DNA of 59,330 nt, the filler included, from Sphacelaria rigidula (taxonomy: Eukaryota): assembly GCA_964200075.2 (NCBI GenBank). It is 10 parts of 10 records of this genome, joined end to end, with 100 filler letters (N's around TTAATTAATTAA, not from the genome) between each part and the next. Parts side by side here need not be neighbours in the genome. Positions count along the whole stretch, not along the records: positions 47,547 to 53,388 come from CAXNAA020024026.1; positions 53,489 to 59,330 come from CAXNAA020024027.1; 8 more parts are not named here. One strand, given 5' to 3'. Shown here piece after piece: positions 51,901 to 59,330 of this stretch. The first letter of the stretch is position 1. Every line of letters begins with the position of its first letter. Position numbers and translations under genes: made by a program. The notes under the pieces were generated by a model. It was not told the origin of the DNA, made no database searches, and saw only the letters and a list, made by a program, of their open reading frames with translations.

Positions 51901-53242
51901 ACAGAGACAGTATATTCAGATGGATGTGAAAAAGCTTTGGCATATCAAAAACATGCCTGCTGCGGATAATGAAGAACATTCGGGACAATTGACTTCTGCC
52001 CTTATCACATCCATTTTCCGTGTACAGCTTGCAATTTCCTTTACTTGACGGATGCAACTAGCGTCCAACGCTTTGCAGATCCCGATTGGGGAAACGGCTG
52101 GTAGACCCCATTGCATTAAGCATTGCATCGATCCATCAGCCGCCGCTCTCCCGACACTGCTGCTTCTTTAACACAGATCATCGACGGCTTCCTCGCCGAA
52201 ATGGATCCGGATTGTGCCAAGGGAAAGGCAGGCCCGGTATTGCTCTCTGATTTGGAAAGGCGTCTCATAGGTTATTTCCACAAAAGTGACCAGGCGAGTG
52301 CTATCCAGAGGCTGAGTTCTTTTGCTGTCGCATCGGATGCCCCTTCGCGGATTACCTTGGCGAATATAAGCTTTTAGTCTCCGGTACTACGGGTGTCGGA
52401 CACCAAAAAGGACCAAGCGACGCAATGTGTCAGCCTTATGTTCGCAACGGCGTTGTTCAACAGTATCCGGCTCTGATACCGTCGTTGTTTCCGGGTGCCT
52501 TACACCTTCGTTGATGCTATGTGGTCTGCTTTTGTACACCAAAAGGACAATCTGACGCCCGCCATACGTGGCAAACCTTCTACGCCTCAGCGTTCACAAC
52601 CTACGGTTGTGTTTTCTGCTAATGCCCAAGGATCTCGCGGCAGAAATTCGAGTTCATCTCGCGCTTCATGCACCCCCGACTCGATCGCCGGTTCAGTTAT
52701 GCATGTTCAGAGTAAGAGAGATGCATTCAATGTGAGTTTTGATGGTTGGCCGTTCTCTGAAGAAACTTGGGATGATGTTTATTTGATTTCAACAACGGCA
52801 TTCATCGCAGATTTTCCCCGTTTGTGGAACCCACTTCTCTCGTCTCCTGCTAGACGTAATGCCTTCAGAAGTCATGTCATCAGTTGCATCAACTGTAATG
52901 CTTAAGGTGACAGGATGCGCCACTGCGACAGTCCATGTATCAATGCCTGTAATCTCATGAACCCTGAATCGCAGGACAATTAACCCGCGTGGCGCCGATG
53001 GCAAACACGCATGCGCGACTATCGCCCACCAAATCGAAATTGTTGTGATAATTGGAATCAATGAGGCAACAAAAGCGTTAATCGCGGTCGCCGACGAAAC
53101 AACAATAATGCAAGCCCTCGCCAGAACGATCAAATTTCTCGCGAGAACAAACGATCCGCTGATAGACACCAGCGGACGGGTCCTACACAAAACACGAACC
53201 CCAACACCAGAAACCCTGGTACCTTCACTACGGATCGCATAG
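48990..53242 (+). pseudogene. Decayed gag-like ORF of a retroelement
   Basis: Chain of intronless same-strand ORF fragments broken by stops and frameshifts; S/P/R-rich N-terminus; degenerate zinc knuckle CINCNA*GDRMRHC at ~52885-52926. No RT or integrase seen. Confidence 0.55.
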
Positions 53243-53739
53243 ATCCATGACGTACCGACGCCGGCGTTCTAAGGTCTTCCGCGCCGTCGACGGCACTAGC
53301 GAAGATGTTTTCAACACAGCCCGCGGAGTCCGCGACTAAGATGACTCACCCGAAAGTTATCCTACGATAGGGGGGGGGGGGTATTTGGNNNNNNNNNNNN
53401 NNNNNNNNNNNNNNNNNNNNNNNNNNNNNNNNTTAATTAATTAANNNNNNNNNNNNNNNNNNNNNNNNNNNNNNNNNNNNNNNNNNNNGGGGAAAGCATT
53501 GTTTTAGGCTTGAACCTCATCTCGGAGTTAAACCTCAATTCGCACAATTTGTTGTTGTATCATCCCTGTGTCCATGTCATCATCCATATCATCACTGTAG
53601 ATTCCAAGCCATCATCCATACCATCACTATAAACTCAACGTGACGGCGTGATTTCGTCACAGCACCCCCAAAGCGCGTTGGACGAGAATCGAGCGATAAG
53701 CTTGACACTCAGAAAAATATCGCCGAAACGATTGAGAAA

Positions 53740-54704
53740 GTCACGACTGAATGCCAAACTCGCGCGTCATGCTTGCAATAATGGAACGAGTCACTCGCAC
53801 CTAACGCAATTCCTTTTTGACAAATTTCAGAGGGGGCTCAAAATGATTTTAAAAGGCTCCTGTGTACGCTCGTCGACTTCGAAACCAACCTAGTCGACCA
53901 ACATGATCAACGAACAATCCTCTGCCTCTGCCAGGCGAACAATCCTAGAAATCTGAAATTACTCCTGGTTGGAAGCGTGCTGAAACACATCCTTCACGTC
54001 TGCCGTTACATTAAGCTGTGAGCCTACATAAAATCGCAGACGAGCTACATGGGCGGTCTGAACACGACCCGAAACAATGTTTTGGATCTCAAACACCTGC
54101 GGGTGATGAGCACCGACCACTCTCCACGGACCAGTCCACGTCGCCATCAACTTGGTCGTAATTCCCAGGCGACGAACGCATACATACAAAACATCATTGT
54201 CTACCTCGAAATTCGGCAATTCCAGCCCCGACAAAGACCCCTCACGTCTACGCGCACGTTCAGCGGCAACACGCTCCTGCACTTGGACGTGAAAACGTTC
54301 CTGCACCTCCAAAACACCTTGCAACGCACGCTTCGGTTGCGCACGTCCAAGACATCACATTTCCACTCCCCCGCCGATGAGGACGCCAACACCGAGAAAG
54401 ACGTCCGAGGTGCACGACCAAACATCACGTGATACGGCGTACTATCGTACCGACGGCGGTGTGCTGTATTGAGCGCCCATTGCACAGCGGGCAACACGTC
54501 CACCCACTTGGTCACCTCTCGACGCTACTCGAGAAGAACAGAGCGAAGAGCACGAACTACTTCCTTGACCATGCGTTCGCACGTACCGTTAGACCATGGA
54601 TAATATGCCACCGCAAATCGGTGATCAATGTGTAATACCTCTCGCAAGCGGGTCAGGATCGTGCTGTTGAAATGCGTGGCGGTATCACTCACCCACAAAC
54701 GCGG
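53740..54704 (-). mobile_element. Ty3/Gypsy host element, 3' part of integrase plus chromodomain-like C-terminus (degenerate)
   Basis: RLWVSDTATHF...WSNGTCERMVKEV; WVDVLPAVQWALNTA; KLMATWTGPWRVV (GPY/F-like); VD*VGFEVDERTQEP chromo-like. Confidence 0.9.
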
Positions 54705-54984
54705 TGTAGAGTAGTCCACCTCCAGTACCCGTACGTGCAGGTTTATGATGATATACAAGTGGAACAATCTGCTGTAGGCGTTTTCTATAGGTTGACGAAC
54801 TTGCGGGTCTGATCGGCAGACTATGTGGATTCGAACATCACATGCTTCACGCATGTGATTACTTCCGATAACGAAGGCTGTGTGTTTATGAATAACAACT
54901 GTCTTGAAGTCTCCAGGCCCTGGTGAGGGAGGAAGCCCTTGGAACAATCTTATGACCTTGTTCTGAGTCCAGGAGGGATCTATA
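54705..54984 (+). repeat. 5' LTR (TGTAGAG...ATCTATA)
   Basis: About 96% identical to 58198-58474 by manual count. Confidence 0.92.
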
Positions 54985-57900
54985 ATATACGTTTATTAAG
55001 AGGAACCCGCTGGTTTCTGGAAGAGGTTTTTCAGCTGTGGGCAGCTGCGGAGAAATTATCTAAAACTTTGTACACAGGAGTGTGCACTTTGTAACATGAG
55101 GGAGCTCACTGACAACGGAGAGACGGCTTTGGCTGGAACTGTTGTGTGCAGCTATGGCAACGCGCAAGAAAGTGGGTGATGGCGATGCAGGTGAATAGGT
55201 GAAGTTTAAGTTTACTGAGCTTATGCCTGCAGGATCGCTGAAAGCCCCAGAGTACGGACGGCATTTTAGCGAAAATGCGTCCCGACGCCTTCATCAGAAA
55301 TGCGTCGAGTATGAATAGGCGGTCAAAATGAACAACAAAGGAGGTAGCATGCAGGCCGTCTTACTGACTGTTACTGAACTGGTGCCGAGGCACATCCGTG
55401 CGTGTTTGTCACGCGCGATTTTTGACGGATCTGTGCTTGCCGAAGATGATCTCAAGGAGGCACTAGGCCGACATGCGAAATGTTGGCAGGACGAAGAGAT
55501 TGATTCTTCAGTTGCTGCCGCTGGTGTGCGGAAAGCGTTGGCGGCCCGCAACGAGCAAACTGCAATGGGAAGAGTAGAAGGGCAGTGGGGTGCCCTGGAG
55601 GATTTTTTTGCGGAGAATACTAGCGCTGAGCGTGCGTTCCGCGATGATGCAGATTTCGAACCAGGACCCGCTCAAATCATAACTCGGGAAATGTTGAATG
55701 AGCCGACCCCCCCCCCGAATTCAAAACCAAAGTCCTCAACATATGTTGAACATGAAGGGGGGGTGGAAGGAGGACCCTGGGCTTGTGTTTGACACGGCTC
55801 GAGAAGCAGCGGAGGCATGGAAGACGGTGGAAGCGGCGGATAAGCAGCGCCGTCAGTAGCCGCAGTTGAAACAAAGGAGTGGCAGCGGGACCTCCGGCTC
55901 CAAGCGCGAACCGAATGGTGGAAAAACGACGACCGGTGGCAGTGAGACTGCCAATTCCAGGAAATCTCGGAAACCGGGCCCAAGCTATGCAGGTTGTTTC
56001 TCATGTGGAGACAAGGGCCACTTCGTGAAGGATTGTCGGCGTGTCAGTACCGCGGCTGACGCTTTACAGCAACCAGGAGGCCGGGCGGAGCCCGTTCATT
56101 CCTCGGTCAAGCGGTTGTTGTCGAGAAGTCCGGCGATGAGCATATCCCCGGAACAAGAGCTTACCGAGCTTTATGTTGCGCCGGAGGAGGCAGTACAAGC
56201 CGCCGCGGATAACGGCATATCGGGGAGCGACATGAGCCAGCTTCGTGAGCCTGTACCGAACAGAGCGAGCAGTTTCAGGTGAGTGCTGCATGGTTATCCG
56301 CCTGCTCGCATCGAGCCCTGGAAGGTGAAATTCAAACCTTTTGCTGTGGAGGCAAAGGTTCGGCCGAGGGGGTACTTTCCGGTCAGGTAGGCGTGGTTGG
56401 CACGCTGCATCGCAACATTGGTGGCGCTCGGGCTCATGCACTGTAGTTTGCAGGTAGAGTGGGCGAGAGCGGCGATTGCAACGGCTGAGAAGTCCCGTTT
56501 TCGCCGGATGAGTGCATACAAGGCGGGGGAGAAAGTTTCCCATCACCACAAGGAGGTGGTGCATGGTGCTCGCCCAGGGAAGTTTTTCATTTCAATTTTC
56601 TCAGTGTTGGCGAGGGTGGTCCGTTGGGAGATAATGGCTTGGACAAAGGAGATCGGTTCAAGTACATATTGGTGAGGATGGATGACCCGGGCGACTTCGT
56701 GCGGTTGGAGCCCGCGGAGTCGTGTACGGCGGCAACGACGGTAAAGCATCTGTTAATATGGTGCAAAGCGCTGGGGCCGCAGGAGGGATGGGTCAGCGAT
56801 ACGGTATCGCAATATGAGAATCGTGTGGTGAGAGTGCTCAAGAAGGCGCTGATGGATCGCAGATTCGTGGTGACCAACTCGTGGTTGTCACATCGTGAAT
56901 GTGAGCGAATGGTGCGTGACATTGTTCGTACCTTGAAGGTCATAATGCAGAGAGGAAGACTCGATGCCAACGCCTGGGTGGGTTTGGTACCTGCCGTGCA
57001 GTGGGCATTGCACACTGGTTTTCGGGACAGCTGTGAGAGCTGTAGCTGCATCGATGCGAGGAGCGATTGTTGGAGTGGAAATGCTACTCTACGTTGTCGA
57101 CGAGATTGTAGCCGGAGAGCTGCTGTTTCTCCGGAGGAGCGCAGGAGAATTACAAGGCAGGCATTGCCTGAGGTGCTCGATAATGCGGTGAGCGCCGGGT
57201 TGGGTAATGTTAAGGAGCAAGTACCAGTGGAATTGCTTGTTGAGAATGAGGAAGCACATTGTGACTTGTATACCTGAATCGTTTTGAGGACGATTGTAGG
57301 TGGTGGTGGTATGGTTCCTGGACCTGTCTGTTGTGTTGCGCTGGTTGGCACGCATGATACATGGTGGTTTCTGCACAGAAGCTGCTGAGTGAAATATGAG
57401 CATGCAGGTGTGACTGATGTGCAGGGTGTCTGATGAAGAGTCAGAGTGAGGCAGTTTCCAATACACTGCTGTGTGCTGAATGAAAAAAAGCTCGTATATT
57501 ATTGTTCGCGCAAAAAGTGGAATCATCTTTGTGCGGTTTGCAGAAACTGACTGTAGGAGATGGTGATTGCTGCTGCTGGCGTGAAAATGAGCGGAAACTA
57601 CGAAATGCGTAGGCTTGTATGTGAACAAGTATAACGTGAGTATTTCCAGAGGTTGACGATGAAAGAAATCGTGCGCGAATACAGTGATATTTTACTGTGG
57701 TACATCTTTGATGGCTTGTCATGTGTTTTGATAAGCGCATAGATAGTGTTTCGCATTTGAAAAACGGAGAATGTGGATGGTGTGCCTATTTTTCTGGAAG
57801 GAGCACCGCATATTTGTTCTGAGCTGCGTCAGTTGAAACTGAGTCAAACGGTGCGGGCACGGTTGTAGGCAAAGTACGGTATCAAGCTTTGAGTGAATGG

Positions 57901-58197
57901 TATGATCGAATGCTACGGTTTGAAATTGTATTTTCCTCGGCGCATTTGCTTTATGTGAGCATACCACGACTGGAAATTGCCGTTGAATAAATTATTGCCA
58001 TCACTAAATTCGATTGAGACGCTGTGTTCAAGTGTCGTTGTTCAGCGTTTTACGAATGATCGTTTTCTTTGTGAACATGACATAGCATGGTCATGTGTCA
58101 CCAACAGGCGGACAAAGGTAGCGTGAACGTGTTTGTCGGTGTCTACTGTTTGTCAAACTCGCTTTCTACTTCGAGTAGTGCGGAGTTTTGGGGGTGC

Positions 58198-58474
58198 TGT
58201 GGAGTAGTCCACCTCCAGTACACGTACGTGCAGGTTCATGATATACAAGTGGAACAAGCTGCTGTAGGCGTTTTCTATTGGTTGACGGACTTGCGGGTCT
58301 GATCGGCAGACCATGTGGATTTGAACATCACATGCTTCACGCACGTGGTTACTTCCGATAACGAAGGCTGTGTGTTTATGAATAACAACTGTCTTGAAGT
58401 CTCCAGGCCCTGGTGAGGGAGGAAGCCCTTGGAACAATCTTATGACCTTGTTCTGAGTCCAGGAGGGCTCTATA
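58198..58474 (+). repeat. 3' LTR (TGTGGAG...CTCTATA), preceded by a G-rich tract
   Basis: Direct repeat of 54705-54984; ggagttttgggggtgc immediately upstream. Confidence 0.92.
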
Positions 58475-59090
58475 GCGGCACACCCAAAGTTTTGCACCAA
58501 TTCAGCAAATATGCGGCGGTCGATTCGGCAGTACACAGTGCTTCTGGTTTTAGATCCATGAAGTTGCTCAAATCATCCATGATGACCAAAATGTATCGAA
58601 ATCTAGGGTCCTCCGACAAACCTTGGGAAGCTAGCGTGCCACTCTCGCCCACGTACAAGAAGTCAAAATGAGTGACTTCATTCGGCGTGGTCCCACGGAC
58701 CGTTTCGCCGAGCGGGCGGGGAACAACATCGCCCGCCCTCGAGTCAGCACAGTGAAGACACTGTCGGACAAACTCGCGCACCTGATTTTCCATTCCCTGC
58801 CAAACATAAAACTCTTACCAGCGCACGAGCGTCGCAGCAACACCGCGATGCCCGGCATCGCGCATGTGCGCGAAAATGATCAAACGTATGTGCAACTGAT
58901 TGTCGGAGCTAGGAATCTACACGTTTCGGCAACGTACATGCACACGAAACAAACCTTTATTGTCGAAAATCGCAGTACCAACATCCGACTCGAAGCACTG
59001 CACATCCGCATCAATGGCGTCAAGTTATTTCCGTTGAGCTTGGCGGACCACAGATTTCGACGACATTGAATCATCCGCTTCACACGGACC
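58475..59090 (-). mobile_element. Ty3/Gypsy host element, 5' part of integrase (HHCC zinc finger and start of catalytic core)
   Basis: AHMRDAGHRGVAAT...FVRQCLHC; HFDFLYV; YILVIMDDLSNF; WCKTLGVP continues into RLWVSD at 54704. Confidence 0.92.
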
Positions 59091-59171
59091 AGATACAGTC
59101 ACAGCTCGCGCGGGCATAGTGGGAATATTTACCAAGCGCGACAGCTAGTCACCCCACGCGTGACGTTGTTC

Positions 59172-59330
59172 TGGTGACGCACCCATGAGGCAATGTAAAA
59201 GCCATCGCTATCTCTGGAAGTGGCGATACCACAGAATAAAGCAACTCATGGTAGGCTGTCATCCAAGTGCAAGATAATCAGTAGGCTCTGGGCCGAACAA
59301 TCTTAGTAGGATGCAACCCACCCTTCATGC
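59172..59330 (+). repeat. Fragment of the Sola-like long repeat family
   Basis: Matches 6107-6266. Confidence 0.8.

Larger units (their letters stand above)
54705..58474 (+). mobile_element. Nested internally deleted Ty3/Gypsy LTR retrotransposon (3770 bp), TSD GCGG
   Basis: Direct LTRs at 54705-54984 and 58198-58474; GCGG at 54701-54704 and 58475-58478; gag knuckle CFSCGDKGHFVKDC; RT N-terminal remnant; integrase core remnant 56624-57030. Confidence 0.92.

Noticed and set aside
5845..53488. Regularly spaced TTAATTAATTAA repeat as a CRISPR-like or biological periodic array
   Set aside because: Always embedded in 44+44 Ns; an assembly linker.

Overview
This is not one locus. It is ten unrelated eukaryotic contigs of 5844, 5844, 5843 (x6) and 5842 (x2) bp, sorted by size and joined by a 100-bp spacer (44 N + TTAATTAATTAA + 44 N). 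Long GT-AG introns, low-complexity Ser/Ala/Gly exons and the transposon types suggest a stramenopile, probably a brown alga (inference). Supported genes, all partial: a three-exon class II/AcuC-like histone-deacetylase-fold gene with altered catalytic and metal-binding residues (contig 2); four exons of a lipin/PAH-like gene with a probable GC-AG intron (contig 3); a first exon of an unknown gene (contig 4); a PPR terminal exon converging on the last two exons of an unknown gene (contig 6). The rest is mostly transposon-derived: Sola-like (GAG termini, 4-bp TSD), TA-TSD and piggyBac-like non-autonomous elements, several of them nested; a decayed gag-like ORF (contig 9); and an internally deleted Ty3/Gypsy element with both LTRs inserted in the integrase of a chromodomain-bearing Gypsy element (contig 10). 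I find no convincing new multi-gene system. The best leads are the HDAC-fold protein with a rewired active site, the TG..TA-ended LTR element and the CTACGRTAG-core TIR families. All calls are by eye, with no database searches.
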